A stretch of DNA of 64,000 nucleotides from positions 249,140 to 313,139 of the forward strand of contig NZ_QJSX01000004.1 of the NCBI RefSeq assembly GCF_003217515.1. Direction: 5' to 3'. This DNA comes from Deinococcus yavapaiensis KR-236. Its GTDB lineage: Bacteria > Deinococcota > Deinococci > Deinococcales > Deinococcaceae. Both the position numbers and the translations under genes were made by a program. Positions 53,653 to 64,000 of the stretch are shown here, piece after piece. A model generated the notes under the pieces. The model was given only the letters and a program-made list of their open reading frames with translations. It was not told where the DNA came from and searched no databases. Position 1 is the stretch's first letter. Each line of letters begins with the position of its first letter.

Positions 53653-54861
53653 ATGACGACCCAGCTTCGTGATCTTCGCGCCTCCTTTCCCGCCCTCTCC
53701 TCCGACGTCGCCTACCTCGACAACGCGGCGGGCGCCATGCTGCCGCGGCAGACCATCGAGGCGATCACGCGGTTCATGTCGACCCTCGGCGGCGCGAACG
53801 TCGGAGGCGTCTTCGGCCTCAGCGAGGAGGTGACGGCGCTCAAGGCGCGGGCACGTGAAGCGTCGGCGACCTTCCTGAACTGCCTGCCGGGCGAAGTGCT
53901 GCTCGGGCCGAGCGCGACGGCGTTGACGTGGCAGTTGTCGCGGGCCTTTTCAAAATTGTGGGGACCGGGCGACGAGGTGATCGTGTCGGAGTTGGAGCAC
54001 GAGGCGAACCACTCGCCGTGGCGGGCCTTGGAGCGTTTCGGAGTGACGGTGAAGGTGTGGCGCGCGAAGTGGCCCGAGGGCATCCTCGATCCGGCGGACT
54101 TGCAAGCCCTCTTGACGCGCGAGACACGGTTCGTGGCGATGACGGGCGCGGCGAACTCGATCGGGTCGATGACGCCGATTCGCGAAGCGGCGGCCTTGGC
54201 GCACTCGGTCGGCGCGTGGCTGCTCGTGGACGGCGTGCACGTCGCGCCGCACCACTTGCCCGACGTGGAGGCGCTCGACGTGGATTTCTTCGTGATGAGC
54301 CCGTACAAGGTGTTCGGGCCGCACCTCGGCTTGATGTTCGTACGCCGCGACCTCCTGCCGAGCCTGCCCGCCGACAAGCTGAGCTTCGTGGAGGACGACA
54401 ACGTCACGAAGTTCGAGCCGGGAACGGCGCAGCACGAGCTGTGGGCGGGCTGGCTGGGAAGCTTGGCGTACTTGGCCGATCTCGGCGGAGGCGCGTTCTC
54501 GCGCGAAACGTTGCGGCGAGCGTACGCGCGCATCGAGGCGTTGGAGGCGCCGCTCGTGGAGCACTTGGTGACGGGCTTGGCGAGTACGGACGGCGTGGCG
54601 CTCTACGGACGGCGAAGCGTGGAGGGCCGCGTGGGTACGGCGTGCTTCAACGTGTCGGGATTGGCGCCGCGTGAAGCGGGGCGTGCCCTCGCCGCGCGCG
54701 GCGTGGCCGTCGCGACAGGACACTACTACGCGATCTTGCCGATGGAGGCGCTGGGATTGCTTCCGAACGGCGCGATGCGCGCGTCGATCGCGCATTACAC
54801 GACGCACGAGGAGATCGAGCGGTTGTTGGAGGGCGTTCGCAGCCTGACGGGCGTTTCATGA
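53653..54861 (+). CDS. Aminotransferase class V (cysteine desulfurase-like) protein
   Basis: PLP-lysine motif SPYKVFGP; CsdA/SufS-like family. Confidence 0.8.
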   Translation: MTTQLRDLRASFPALSSDVAYLDNAAGAMLPRQTIEAITRFMSTLGGANVGGVFGLSEEVTALKARAREASATFLNCLPGEVLLGPSATALTWQLSRAFSKLWGPGDEVIVSELEHEANHSPWRALERFGVTVKVWRAKWPEGILDPADLQALLTRETRFVAMTGAANSIGSMTPIREAAALAHSVGAWLLVDGVHVAPHHLPDVEALDVDFFVMSPYKVFGPHLGLMFVRRDLLPSLPADKLSFVEDDNVTKFEPGTAQHELWAGWLGSLAYLADLGGGAFSRETLRRAYARIEALEAPLVEHLVTGLASTDGVALYGRRSVEGRVGTACFNVSGLAPREAGRALAARGVAVATGHYYAILPMEALGLLPNGAMRASIAHYTTHEEIERLLEGVRSLTGVS

Positions 54862-55003
54862 TGTCTTTAGAACTCGGCCGAAGAATTCGAAGTTCGGTTC
54901 TTCTCATCCCCTGGCGCCGGAACGTGTTAAAGTCGTGCCATTCATATCAGAGACAGGCACGTCCTCTCACGAGGTCGTCGTCGTTTCGTCGTACGGAGGG
55001 CTC

Positions 55004-56353
55004 ATGAAGAATGCACGTCTGTTCGGCCTCATTACCTTGACCGCTTTGCTCGCCGCGTGCGGATCGACTTCGAACACGCCTTCGGCGCCCTCGGCACAAG
55101 CCGCCGAGTTCGTTCCCGGCGAAGTGCTCGTGCAACTCGACTCGAGCTTGCGCGCCCAGTCCTTGACGGCGCTCGCCGCGACCCTCGGCGTGCAAAGCGT
55201 CGAGGTCGTCGCCGCGTCGGACGGGGCGCCCCTCGTGCTCGCCAAACTGTCGAGCGGGCAAAGCGTGGAAAGCGCGGTCGCTTCGCTCGGCGCCCGCGGT
55301 GACGTGCGCTACGCCGAGCCGAACTTCATCTACCACCACGACGCGACGTCGACCGATCCGTACTTCACCAACGGCAGCTTGTGGGGAATGTACGGCCCGT
55401 CGACGACTCCGGCCAATCAATTCGGCTCGAACGCCGCCGCCGCGTGGGCGTCGGGCAGTGTCGGCAGCAGCACCGTCTACGTGGGCATCATCGACGAAGG
55501 CATTCAATACAATCACCCCGACCTCGCCGGAAACGTCGGAAATCCGAACGAAATCGAGGCCAACGGCAAAGACGACGACGGCAACGGCTTCGTGGACGAC
55601 AAGTACGGCTGGGACTTCGCCAACAACGACAACACGGTGTACGACGGCGGAAACCGCGGCAGCCTCGACGCGCACGGCACGCACGTCTCGGGCACGATCG
55701 GCGCGCGCAGCAACAACGTTGGCGTCGTCGGCGTCAACCACAACGTCCGCCTCATCTCCGGCAAGTTCCTCGGGCGCAACGGGGGCACGTCGGCGAACGC
55801 CATCAAGGCCCTCGATTACTTCATCGGCCTCAAGAACAAGGGGCTCAACATCGTCGCGACGAACAACTCGTGGGGCGGCGGCAGCTTCTCGCAAGCGCTT
55901 CGCGACGCGATCGAGCGCTCGAACACGGCGGGCATCCTGTTCGTCGCGGCGGCCGGGAACGGCGGCAGCGACGGAGTCGGCGACAACAACGACGCGACGC
56001 CTCACTACCCCAGCACCTACGACAACTCCAACATCATCGCGGTCGCCGCGATCACGTCGTCGGGCGGTCGGTCGAGCTTCTCGAACTATGGCGCGAAGAC
56101 CGTGGACATCGGCGCGCCCGGTTCGGGCATCAACAGCACCGTGCCGTACGACAAGTACGCGTCGTACAACGGCACGTCCATGGCAACGCCGCACGTGACG
56201 GGCGCCGTTGCCTTGTACGCTGCCGCCCACCCCGGCGCGAGCGCCGCGCAAATCAAGAACGCCATCTTGTCGAGCGCCGTGCCCACGCCGTCCCTCAGCG
56301 GCATCACGGTGACGGGCGGTCGCCTCGACGCGTTTGCCGCGTTGAGCAAGTAA
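55004..56353 (+). CDS. S8 family peptidase (subtilisin-like), lipoprotein
   Basis: Lipobox LLAAC; catalytic triad motifs DEGI (D), HGTHVSG (H), GTSMATPH (S); GGAGGG RBS. Confidence 0.85.
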   Translation: MKNARLFGLITLTALLAACGSTSNTPSAPSAQAAEFVPGEVLVQLDSSLRAQSLTALAATLGVQSVEVVAASDGAPLVLAKLSSGQSVESAVASLGARGDVRYAEPNFIYHHDATSTDPYFTNGSLWGMYGPSTTPANQFGSNAAAAWASGSVGSSTVYVGIIDEGIQYNHPDLAGNVGNPNEIEANGKDDDGNGFVDDKYGWDFANNDNTVYDGGNRGSLDAHGTHVSGTIGARSNNVGVVGVNHNVRLISGKFLGRNGGTSANAIKALDYFIGLKNKGLNIVATNNSWGGGSFSQALRDAIERSNTAGILFVAAAGNGGSDGVGDNNDATPHYPSTYDNSNIIAVAAITSSGGRSSFSNYGAKTVDIGAPGSGINSTVPYDKYASYNGTSMATPHVTGAVALYAAAHPGASAAQIKNAILSSAVPTPSLSGITVTGGRLDAFAALSK

Positions 56354-56356
56354 GCG

Positions 56357-56402
56357 CGAACGAGAGGCGCCGAGCCACATTGGCTCGGCGCCTCTCGTTC
56401 GT
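56357..56402 (+). terminator. Strong rho-independent terminator after S8 peptidase gene
   Basis: CGAACGAGAGGCGCCGAGCC-acat-TGGCTCGGCGCCTCTCGTTCG, 21-bp perfect stem. Confidence 0.7.
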
Positions 56403-56460
56403 TCACCCACCACAATGCTTCTCCCACTTGCGGCCAAAGCGTCTCCTCTACCCTGGCCGC

Positions 56461-58491
56461 ATGAACCGACTCGCCTTGGAGACGTCTCCGTACCTGCGTC
56501 AACACCGTGACAATCCTGTCGATTGGTTTCCGTGGAGCGACGAGGCGTTCGAAAAGGCGCGCGTGGAAGACAAGCCGATTTTGCTGTCGGTCGGCTACTC
56601 CACGTGCCACTGGTGTCACGTGATGGCGCACGAAAGCTTCGAGGACGCGGCGACGGCGACGTTCATGAACGAGCACTTCGTGAACGTCAAGGTGGACCGC
56701 GAGGAGCGCCCCGACGTCGACGCCGTTTACATGGCGGCCGTGCAGGCGGCGACGGGGCAAGGCGGCTGGCCGATGACGGTCTTTCTCTTTCCCGACGGCA
56801 AGCCGTTCTACGCGGGCACGTACTTTCCGCCCGCCGATCGCTACGGCATGCCGTCCTTTCGGCGTGTGCTCGTCAGCGTCGCCAACGCGTGGCAAGAGCG
56901 GCGCGACGACCTCGCGCAGAACGCGGACAGCCTCACGGGGTTCTTGCGCGACCAGATGGCGCAAGAACGGCCCGAACGCGACCTGCCGCGCGACTTCGAG
57001 GCGCGCGGCTTCGCCAGCTTGCGGCGGGTGTTCGACGCCACGCACGGCGGCTTCGGCGGCGCTCCGAAGTTCCCCGCTCCGACGACCCTCGCGTACCTGC
57101 TTACGCAGCCCGGCGAGCGCGACATGGCCATGACGACCCTCGAGAAGATGGCGACGGGCGGCCTCTACGATCAACTGGGAGGCGGCTTTCACCGTTACAG
57201 CGTTGACGAGCGCTGGCTGGTGCCGCACTTCGAGAAGATGCTGTACGACAACGCGCAACTCACGCGCGTGTACCTCCAGGCGACGCAACTCAGCGACAAC
57301 GTGTGGTTTCCGAGGACCGTGCGCGAAACGCTCGCGTACCTGGAGCGCGAGATGCTCTCGGGCGAAGGCGGCTTTTTCAGCGCGCAGGACGCCGATCAGG
57401 AAGGCATCGAGGGCAAGTTCTTCGTGTGGACGCCGCAGGAACTCGACGAAGTGCTCGGCGAGGACGCCGACCTCGCGCGGCGCTACTACGGCGTCACGGA
57501 GGGCGGCAACTTCACCGATCCGCACCACCCGGAGTTCGGGCGGCGCAACGTTCTGAGCGTCGTCTTGAAGCCCGCCGACCTTGCCCGCGAAGTCGGTGAG
57601 GACGAGGGCGCGGTGATCGAGCGCCTGCGAGAAGCGAAGTTGCGCCTCATGGAGGCGCGCGAGACCCGAGTCCACCCCGGCACGGACGACAAGATCCTGA
57701 CGTCGTGGAACGGCCTGGCCCTCGCGGCGTTCGCTGACGCCGCCCGGATTTTCGGCGAGGAGCATTACCTGGCCGTCGCCGTGCGAAACGCCGAGTTCGT
57801 GTACGAGCACCTGCGCGCACCGGACGGAACGCTGTATCACACGTACAAGGACGGCGCGGCGAAGGTGACGGGACTGCTCGAAGATCACGCTTTGTACGGC
57901 CTCGGGCTCGTCAGCCTGTACGGAGCGAGCGGCGACTTGCGGTGGCTGACGTGGGCGCGCGAGTTGTGGAGCGTCGTGCGACGCGACTTCTGGGACGAAG
58001 CGTCGGGCGCCTTCTGGAGTACCGCCTCCGGTGCCGAGGCCCTCATCACGCGCACGCAAAGCGCCTTCGACTCGGCCATTCTCAGCGACAACGCCGCCGC
58101 CGCCCAGTTGGGGCTGTGGATGAGCCGCTACTTCGGCGACGAGGAGGGAGAGCGCATCGCTCGGCGAGTCGTCGCGTCCTTCTCGAACGAGATGCTGTCG
58201 GCGCCGAGCGGCTTCGGCGGCTTGTGGCAAGCACACGCGTTCTTGCAAGCGCCGCCCGTGGAAGTCGCGATTCTGGGCAGTTCGCGATCGCGCCGCGTCT
58301 TGGAGCGCGAGGTGGCGCGTCACTTCCTGCCCTTCGCGGTCCTCGCGCCGAGCGAGACGGGCGAAGGGCTGCCCGTGCTGGAAGGACGAAGTGGTGACGG
58401 CGTGGCGTACGTGTGCCGCAACTTCGCGTGCGACTTGCCGGCGAGGGACGTCGAGACGCTGGCGCGTCAACTGGCGAGTTTGAACGGTTGA
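56461..58491 (+). CDS. Thioredoxin domain-containing protein (DUF255/YyaL-like, six-hairpin glycosidase-like C-terminus)
   Basis: [33 protein letters not shown]...[12 protein letters not shown]. Confidence 0.85.
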   Translation: MNRLALETSPYLRQHRDNPVDWFPWSDEAFEKARVEDKPILLSVGYSTCHWCHVMAHESFEDAATATFMNEHFVNVKVDREERPDVDAVYMAAVQAATGQGGWPMTVFLFPDGKPFYAGTYFPPADRYGMPSFRRVLVSVANAWQERRDDLAQNADSLTGFLRDQMAQERPERDLPRDFEARGFASLRRVFDATHGGFGGAPKFPAPTTLAYLLTQPGERDMAMTTLEKMATGGLYDQLGGGFHRYSVDERWLVPHFEKMLYDNAQLTRVYLQATQLSDNVWFPRTVRETLAYLEREMLSGEGGFFSAQDADQEGIEGKFFVWTPQELDEVLGEDADLARRYYGVTEGGNFTDPHHPEFGRRNVLSVVLKPADLAREVGEDEGAVIERLREAKLRLMEARETRVHPGTDDKILTSWNGLALAAFADAARIFGEEHYLAVAVRNAEFVYEHLRAPDGTLYHTYKDGAAKVTGLLEDHALYGLGLVSLYGASGDLRWLTWARELWSVVRRDFWDEASGAFWSTASGAEALITRTQSAFDSAILSDNAAAAQLGLWMSRYFGDEEGERIARRVVASFSNEMLSAPSGFGGLWQAHAFLQAPPVEVAILGSSRSRRVLEREVARHFLPFAVLAPSETGEGLPVLEGRSGDGVAYVCRNFACDLPARDVETLARQLASLNG

Positions 58492-58495
58492 AGCG

Positions 58496-59254
58496 TCACG
58501 CGCCTCGCAACGCCGTGAGGCGATCGGCGAGGTCGGGCATGAGGCGCTCGTTCCCGACGAGCCGCTGGTCGTGCGCGTACGCCTCGTTCACCTCGATCGT
58601 CCAAGCGCGGTCGAAGCGACGGGCGAGGGCGCGCGCCACCTCGTCGAACGTGTGGCCACCGCGCGCGTTGCTGTCGAGGTGAACGGCGCCCGCCCGCGGC
58701 GTCGTCACGAGGGTCCACAAGGCGCTCGCCGTGTCCGTCATGAACGAGCACGCGGGACGCCACGCGCGGCTCGCCTCGACTTTGCCGCGCTCTCGCTGCC
58801 ACGCGTCGAGGTGAGCGAGCATGTTGTTGCCGGTCGCGTCCTCGTCGATCTGCCAGCCGATGCGCGCGATGGTCGCGCCCGGATGGCTCGCCGTGACGGC
58901 GTCCTCGCAGCGGATCTTGTAGCGCCCGTAGTCGTCCCGGGCCGTGCGCTCGTCGTCGCGATGGTGAGGACCGTCGGGCTCGTGGTGAAAGACCATCGCC
59001 GTGCTGGTGAACACGAAGGGAATGCCGCGCTCGTTCGCCCACGCGGCGAGCAGGGCCGCCCACCGTTCGCTGCCCATCGCGAGGTGCACGATGGCGTCGG
59101 GGCGCACCTCGTCCAAAAAGGTCAGCGAGGCGCGCTCGTCGTCGGGGGAAACGCGGTCGCGGTCCCAGCCGACGCAGGTCGCGCCGTCACGCGTGAACAC
59201 CCGCGCGACTTTCGGACCGAGCGTGCCGTGAGAACCGGTGAGCAGGATTCGCAT
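58496..59254 (-). CDS. NAD-dependent epimerase/dehydratase family protein (RmlD-like short-chain reductase)
   Basis: MRILLTGSHGTLG Rossmann motif. Confidence 0.7.
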   Translation of the reverse strand: MRILLTGSHGTLGPKVARVFTRDGATCVGWDRDRVSPDDERASLTFLDEVRPDAIVHLAMGSERWAALLAAWANERGIPFVFTSTAMVFHHEPDGPHHRDDERTARDDYGRYKIRCEDAVTASHPGATIARIGWQIDEDATGNNMLAHLDAWQRERGKVEASRAWRPACSFMTDTASALWTLVTTPRAGAVHLDSNARGGHTFDEVARALARRFDRAWTIEVNEAYAHDQRLVGNERLMPDLADRLTALRGA

Positions 59255-59289
59255 GACGTCAGCGTACCTGGCGAGGCGGGGCTTCGACT

Positions 59290-59706
59290 TTACTCGCCCG
59301 ATTGGCGTTCGTAGTTGCGAAGCATCACGCCCGTCGCGCGCCGCAAGCCGAGACGCTCGTAGAACGGCACGACGTCCTCGTCGCACAACACGTCCACCAT
59401 GTACAGGTGCGACAAGTCACGCGCCAAGCGGCGAACGATCTGCGAGCCGACCCCGCGCCCCTGGTATTCCGGCAGGACTTCCAACAAGGGAACGTAGGCG
59501 CTGAGGACGCCGTCGCTGACGGCGTTGGCGAAGCCGACAACGCGTTCGCCCTCGAGCGCCAGCACGACTCGGTAGCTTCCCTGGAGGAGGCGCAACAGAG
59601 TCTCGGGTCGCGGCGCGTTCGGCCAGCCGACGAAGAAACCCGTGAGATGCTCGGCGGTGACGGTCGACAAGTCGGAAGTGTACGTGATCACGCGTTCATG
59701 ATGCAC
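59290..59706 (-). CDS. GNAT family N-acetyltransferase
   Basis: Acetyl-CoA motif QGRGVGSQIV. Confidence 0.8.
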   Translation of the reverse strand: MHHERVITYTSDLSTVTAEHLTGFFVGWPNAPRPETLLRLLQGSYRVVLALEGERVVGFANAVSDGVLSAYVPLLEVLPEYQGRGVGSQIVRRLARDLSHLYMVDVLCDEDVVPFYERLGLRRATGVMLRNYERQSGE

Positions 59707-59865
59707 GCTCCGACTTTGGCGGACGACCTCTTTTGCAGGGAGGCCGTCCGAACGTCCGACGTCAAGGAGAAGCGAGCCGCTTGAAGTAGAAGTGTTGCTG
59801 CGCGCTACTCCCGCCTTCGGTCTAGTAGCCGACGAGTTCCTAGCCTTCTCCAGGCGAGCGATGCG

Positions 59866-60468
59866 TCACGCGGCGAGCAGCAGCCGAGCGGCGAGGGCGA
59901 ACATCACGGTCGCCACGAAGAAGTCGAGGACTCGCCAAGCGGCGGGACGCGCGAAGAGGAACGCGAGGCGCGAGGCGACGAAGGCGAGCGCGAAGAACCA
60001 CGTCACGGACGCCAGCATCGCTCCGACGGCGAACTCGGCGCGAGGAGGACCCTCGAAGCGCGCGGACACGGTGCCGAGCAGGACGACCGTGTCGAGGATG
60101 GCGTGAAAGTTGAGCAGGCTGAATCCGGCGGCGGCGAGGGCGACGTCGCGCGCCGACGTCGGGGCGTTGCCATCGAGGTCGACTCGGCCGGGCTGGAGCG
60201 CCGAGCGCAGGGCGCCGACGCCGTACCACGCGAGGAAGAGCGCCCCGCCGATCGTGGCGAGCCGCACGAGCAGAGGACTCGCGGCGAGGAGCGAACCGAT
60301 TCCCAGCACCCCGACGGTGATGAGCGCGACGTCTCCGAGTGAGCTCACGAGCGCCGCGACGTACGCGTGACGACGGCGCAGGCCCGCGCGCAGCACGAAG
60401 GCGTTTTGCGGGCCGATCGCGACGATGAGGCCGAAGCCGAGCAGGAGTCCTTCGAGCAGGGCGCGCAC
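59866..60468 (-). CDS. LysE/ArgO family amino acid exporter
   Basis: Six-TM LysE-type translocator sequence. Confidence 0.8.
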   Translation of the reverse strand: MRALLEGLLLGFGLIVAIGPQNAFVLRAGLRRRHAYVAALVSSLGDVALITVGVLGIGSLLAASPLLVRLATIGGALFLAWYGVGALRSALQPGRVDLDGNAPTSARDVALAAAGFSLLNFHAILDTVVLLGTVSARFEGPPRAEFAVGAMLASVTWFFALAFVASRLAFLFARPAAWRVLDFFVATVMFALAARLLLAA

Positions 60469-60542
60469 GCGAGGCAGTGTAAATCATGAACTGTAAGACA
60501 GGACGGCAAGGTTCGTTCGTCGAGGCGACTATCGTGGACTTC

Positions 60543-61121
60543 ATGAAGCTTTACACGAAGACCGGGGACCGGGGAGAGACGGGCCTTTACGGCGCGGACC
60601 GCGTCAGCAAGGCTCATCCCAGGGTGGAGGCGTACGGTACGGTGGACGAAGTCAACAGCCTTCTCGGCGTGGCGCGGGCACACTTGCACGCCCAGGCGAC
60701 GCGTGACGAGGCGCTCGACGCGGACCTCGCGTACTTGCAAAACGCGTTGTTCGACCTTGGCGCGGACCTCGCGACGCGCGAGGAAAGTCCGTACGCGAAG
60801 AACATCAGCCGGATCGACGACGCGGACGTGACCTTCTTGGAGGAGATGATCGACCGCTACCAGGAAGGCGCGCCGAAGCTGACGCGGTTCATCCATCCGG
60901 GCGGCACGATCGTCGCGGCGACGCTGCAAGTCGCGCGGGCCGTCGCGCGGCGCGCGGAGCGTGACGTGGTGCACCTCAGTCACGAGGAGCCCGTCAACGA
61001 CGCGGCGCGAATCTATCTCAACCGTCTCTCGGACTTGCTGTTCGTCATGGCGCGCGCGGTGAACGCGAGAGCGGGCTTGCGCGAAGACGAGTGGCACGTG
61101 AAGGGCCGCAAGGAGAGCTGA
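60543..61121 (+). CDS. Cob(I)yrinic acid a,c-diamide adenosyltransferase (PduO-type ATP:cob(I)alamin adenosyltransferase)
   Basis: MKLYTKTGDRGETGLYG... PduO/MMAB family. Confidence 0.85.
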   Translation: MKLYTKTGDRGETGLYGADRVSKAHPRVEAYGTVDEVNSLLGVARAHLHAQATRDEALDADLAYLQNALFDLGADLATREESPYAKNISRIDDADVTFLEEMIDRYQEGAPKLTRFIHPGGTIVAATLQVARAVARRAERDVVHLSHEEPVNDAARIYLNRLSDLLFVMARAVNARAGLREDEWHVKGRKES

Positions 61122-61122
61122 C

Positions 61123-62523
61123 ATGCAACCACCGACCGTGGACGAGTTGAGGCACGTGGACGTGCTCGCCGATCTTCCGACGTCCGCCCTCGAATGGCTC
61201 GCGCAGCGTTGCGACGTGCGCGACATGCAGGACGGCGAGGTGTTCGTGCGCGCCAAGGAGCCCGCCGAGCACATGCACTTCATCTTGTCGGGCTTGGTGG
61301 AATACGAGCGCGAGGAAGGCGGCGTCGTGCGCGGCCACTGGGTGGTGAACGCGGGCGAAGTCGGCGGGATGTTGCCGAGGTCGCGCATGACCGAGTTTCC
61401 GTCCACGGCGCGCGCAGTGGGACACACCCGCGTGGCCCTCTATCCCAAGGCGGGCTTCGACGAGCTCGCCGAGCAGGTGCCCGATCTCGACGGTCGGCTT
61501 TTGTCGGTGATGGCCCTGCGCATTCGCCAATCGGCGCTCGCCGAGGAGCAGCGCGAGCGCATGAGCGCGCTCGGCAAGCTCGCGGCGGGTCTCGCGCACG
61601 AATTGAACAACCCGGCGGCGGCGGTGCGCCGCGCGGCGTCGGATTTGCGCGGGCGCCTCGACGACTTTCCGGCGTTGCTGATCGACTGGTTGAGCGCGCA
61701 ACCGTCGCCGGATCACGTGCGGGCGATCGAGGCGGTCTCGCAAGCGGCGGCCAAGCGCGCCGAGGAGCGCGTGACGACGCTGAAGCGCTCGGAGTTGGAA
61801 GACGAGCTCGCTGATTGGCTCGACGACGAGGACGTGCCGGGCGGCGCGGACCGAGCGGGAACGCTCGTGGAGGCGGGCGTGCGCGTCGCCGATCTCGACG
61901 CGCTTCGTGACGTGTGCGGCGAGCACCTCGCGGGGGCCGTGTCGTACTTGGAGTTCCGCCTCGCGAGTTCGGCCTTGCTGCGCGACGTGGAGCTCGCGTC
62001 GGGGAGAATCTCGGATCTCGTGGCGAGCGTCAAGACCTACTCGCACATGGACCGAGGCGCGGACCGCGTCGAGACGGATGTCCGCAAGGGCTTGGACTCG
62101 ACCGTGACGATGCTGGCGTTCAAGTTGCGCACGAAGCACATCACGGTGGAGCGCGACTACGACGAGGACCTTCCGAGCGTCCTCGGCGACGTCGGCGCGC
62201 TGAACCAAGTCTGGACGAACCTCATCGTGAATGCCGTGGACGCCTTGCACGAGGGCGGCGGCATCACCCTCAAGGCGTGTCGACGTGGCGAGGACGTGGC
62301 CGTGTCGATCATCGACGACGGGCCGGGCATACCCGAGGACGTGCAAAAACGCGTTTTCGAGCCGTTCTTCACGACGAAGGGCGTCGGGGAGGGCACGGGG
62401 TTGGGACTCGACCTCGTGAACCGCGTCGTGACGCGTCAGCACGGCGGAACGGTGCGCGTCTTCTCGCGTCCGGGCCGCACGGAGTTCCTCGTGACGCTCC
62501 CGACGACTACAGTGAGAGCATGA
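61123..62523 (+). CDS. Sensor histidine kinase with N-terminal cyclic nucleotide-binding (CAP-effector-like) domain
   Basis: cNMP-binding-like N-terminus; H-box LAHELNNPAAAV; HATPase_c G-boxes (DDGPGIPED, GTGLGLDLV); GGAGAG RBS. Confidence 0.8.
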   Translation: MQPPTVDELRHVDVLADLPTSALEWLAQRCDVRDMQDGEVFVRAKEPAEHMHFILSGLVEYEREEGGVVRGHWVVNAGEVGGMLPRSRMTEFPSTARAVGHTRVALYPKAGFDELAEQVPDLDGRLLSVMALRIRQSALAEEQRERMSALGKLAAGLAHELNNPAAAVRRAASDLRGRLDDFPALLIDWLSAQPSPDHVRAIEAVSQAAAKRAEERVTTLKRSELEDELADWLDDEDVPGGADRAGTLVEAGVRVADLDALRDVCGEHLAGAVSYLEFRLASSALLRDVELASGRISDLVASVKTYSHMDRGADRVETDVRKGLDSTVTMLAFKLRTKHITVERDYDEDLPSVLGDVGALNQVWTNLIVNAVDALHEGGGITLKACRRGEDVAVSIIDDGPGIPEDVQKRVFEPFFTTKGVGEGTGLGLDLVNRVVTRQHGGTVRVFSRPGRTEFLVTLPTTTVRA

Positions 62524-64000
62524 CTGCCTCTTCGAACGTGTCGGCTCCGAAGCCCGTGCTGCTTGTCGTGGACGACGACGCGGAAGTGCTGCGCGCCGTC
62601 GCTCGGGACCTCAGGCGACGCTACAGCGGCGAGTACCGCGTCTTGCGCGCCGAATCGGCCGAGGAAGCCTTGGCGGCCTTGCAGGAGGTGCGCGAACGCG
62701 GCGACCCCGTGGCGCTCTTGCTGTCGGATCAGCGCATGCCGACCATGGACGGCGTGGCCTTCCTCGGCCGCGCGAGCCTCTTGTTCCCGAGCGCGAAGCG
62801 CGCGCTCCTGACGGCGTACGCGGACACGGACGCGGCCATTCGCGCGATCAACGAGTCGCGCGTGCATTACTACCTCACGAAGCCGTGGGATCCGCCCGAA
62901 GAGAACCTCTTTCCGATCGTGGACGACCTTCTCGCCGATTGGCGCGGCGACTACAAGCCGGGATTCGGCGGCGTGAAGATCGTCGGGGATCGCTGGTCGC
63001 CGAAATCGCACGAGTTGCGTGACTTTTTGGCGCGAAACGGCGTCCCGTACACCTTCTACGACCTCGAAGGCGACGCGCAGGCCGCCGAGCTTCGTCAAGA
63101 CGACGAGGGCCTTCCGGTCGTGATCTTGCCCGAAGGCGAGCGCCTCGCGAGCCCGAGCGTCTCGGACGTCGCGCACGCCATCGGCCTCAAGGGCACGGCG
63201 TCGCGGCCCTTCTACGATCTGGCGATCGTCGGAGGAGGACCCGCCGGACTCGCCGCAGCGGTGTACGGAGCTTCCGAGGGCTTGTCGACCGTCTTGATCG
63301 AACGCGAAGCGCCGGGCGGTCAGGCAGGCACGTCCAGCCGCATCGAGAATTACCTCGGCTTTCCCTCGGGCCTCTCGGGCGGCGACCTCGCGCGGCGCGC
63401 CGTCACGCAAGCGCAGCGGTTCGGCGTGGAGATCCTCACGCCGAGGGACGTCACGAGCATGCGGGCCGAAGGGCCGTACAAGTACCTCACGTTGGAGGAC
63501 GGCTCGGAGATCGGCGCGCACGGCGTCGTCATCGCGACGGGCGTGAGTTGGCAAAAGATTCCGGCGCGCGGCGCGGACACCTTGACGGGACGCGGCGTGT
63601 ACTACGGCGCGTCGCGCGTCGAAGCGATCGGATGCGGAGGGGAGGACGTGTTCATCGTCGGGGCGGGCAACTCGGCGGGGCAGGCGGCCTTGTACTTCTC
63701 ACAGTTCGCCGCGAGCGTCGTGATGCTCGTGCGCGGCGAGAGCTTGGAGTCGAAGATGAGCATGTACCTCGTGGAGCGCATTCGCGAAGCGCCGAACATC
63801 GAGGTGCTGACGAAGCACGAGGTCGTCGCGTGCGAAGGCGAGGAGCGCCTCGAAGGATTGGAGATCAAGAACGCCGCGACGGGCGAGACGTTCCGGCGTC
63901 CCGCCAGCTATCTCTTCTCGTTCATCGGCGCCGCGCCGCGCACGGAGTGGCTCGGCGACGCCTTCGCGCGTGACAAGCGCGGTTACCTCCTCGTCGGAGA
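62520..64000 (+). CDS. Response-regulator receiver domain fused to thioredoxin-reductase-like FAD/NAD(P)-binding oxidoreductase (3' end beyond window)
   Basis: ATGA overlap with kinase stop; REC motifs (LLVVDDD, LLSDQRMPTMDG, LTKPWD) then LAIVGGGPAGLAAAVYG...DVFIVGAGNSAG TrxR-like tandem Rossmann motifs. The expected CATC redox motif is replaced by RVEAIGC. Confidence 0.8.
   Translation, partial: MTASSNVSAPKPVLLVVDDDAEVLRAVARDLRRRYSGEYRVLRAESAEEALAALQEVRERGDPVALLLSDQRMPTMDGVAFLGRASLLFPSAKRALLTAYADTDAAIRAINESRVHYYLTKPWDPPEENLFPIVDDLLADWRGDYKPGFGGVKIVGDRWSPKSHELRDFLARNGVPYTFYDLEGDAQAAELRQDDEGLPVVILPEGERLASPSVSDVAHAIGLKGTASRPFYDLAIVGGGPAGLAAAVYGASEGLSTVLIEREAPGGQAGTSSRIENYLGFPSGLSGGDLARRAVTQAQRFGVEILTPRDVTSMRAEGPYKYLTLEDGSEIGAHGVVIATGVSWQKIPARGADTLTGRGVYYGASRVEAIGCGGEDVFIVGAGNSAGQAALYFSQFAASVVMLVRGESLESKMSMYLVERIREAPNIEVLTKHEVVACEGEERLEGLEIKNAATGETFRRPASYLFSFIGAAPRTEWLGDAFARDKRGYLLVG

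Noticed and set aside
62436-63554. 372-aa minus-strand ORF
   Set aside because: Antisense to the clearly homologous REC-TrxR-like gene.

Overview
This is a 64 kb, high-GC (about 68-70%) bacterial chromosomal window. It is densely coding on both strands and composition is uniform apart from a few short low-GC islands. Gene content and leaderless-style starts (TACACT -10 hexamers 6-8 nt before an ATG) suggest a Deinococcota-like organism; that is inference only. No rRNA, tRNA, CRISPR array, transposase, integrase or prophage module was found.

Recognisable housekeeping and catabolic genes:
- an acyl-CoA dehydrogenase;
- folD-nusB-asp23 and ligA;
- a xylose-type sugar utilisation locus: ROK regulator, CUT2 ABC transporter, sugar-phosphate isomerase/epimerase, Gfo/Idh/MocA oxidoreductase, xylA-xylB;
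- a BMP-family nucleoside-binding protein, an ABC ATPase and deoD;
- trpB-trpA and gluQ;
- citrate synthase and a class-III aminotransferase;
- YcaQ, DinB, MgtC, a cysteine-desulfurase-like protein, an S8 peptidase, a DUF255 thioredoxin-domain protein, a PduO-type adenosyltransferase and others.

Accessory or unusual content worth attention:
1. An N-terminal HTH fused to a citrate-synthase-like domain, sitting behind two adjacent perfect palindromes.
2. A 987-aa protein with two tandem FAD-binding oxidoreductase domains plus C-terminal HEAT-like repeats, convergent with a sulfatase whose active-site motif is C-V-S-S-R rather than C-x-P-x-R.
3. A TauE/SafE - small membrane protein - flotillin operon.
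4. A cupin-SARP-cupin trio facing a large ATP-binding LuxR-family (LAL/MalT-like) regulator.
5. A secreted vWA protein carrying five tandem repeats of about 88 aa, also repeated at the DNA level.
6. A stand-alone B12-binding radical SAM protein.
7. A cNMP-binding histidine kinase translationally coupled to a REC domain fused to a thioredoxin-reductase-like flavoprotein that appears to lack the CxxC redox centre.

Many long ORFs in the six-frame track are antisense shadow ORFs typical of high-GC DNA and are rejected. Start codons were chosen by homology of N-termini plus RBS or leaderless context. Coordinates derived from my reading of the displayed sequence may be off by ±1 in places; ORF-track arithmetic was preferred.
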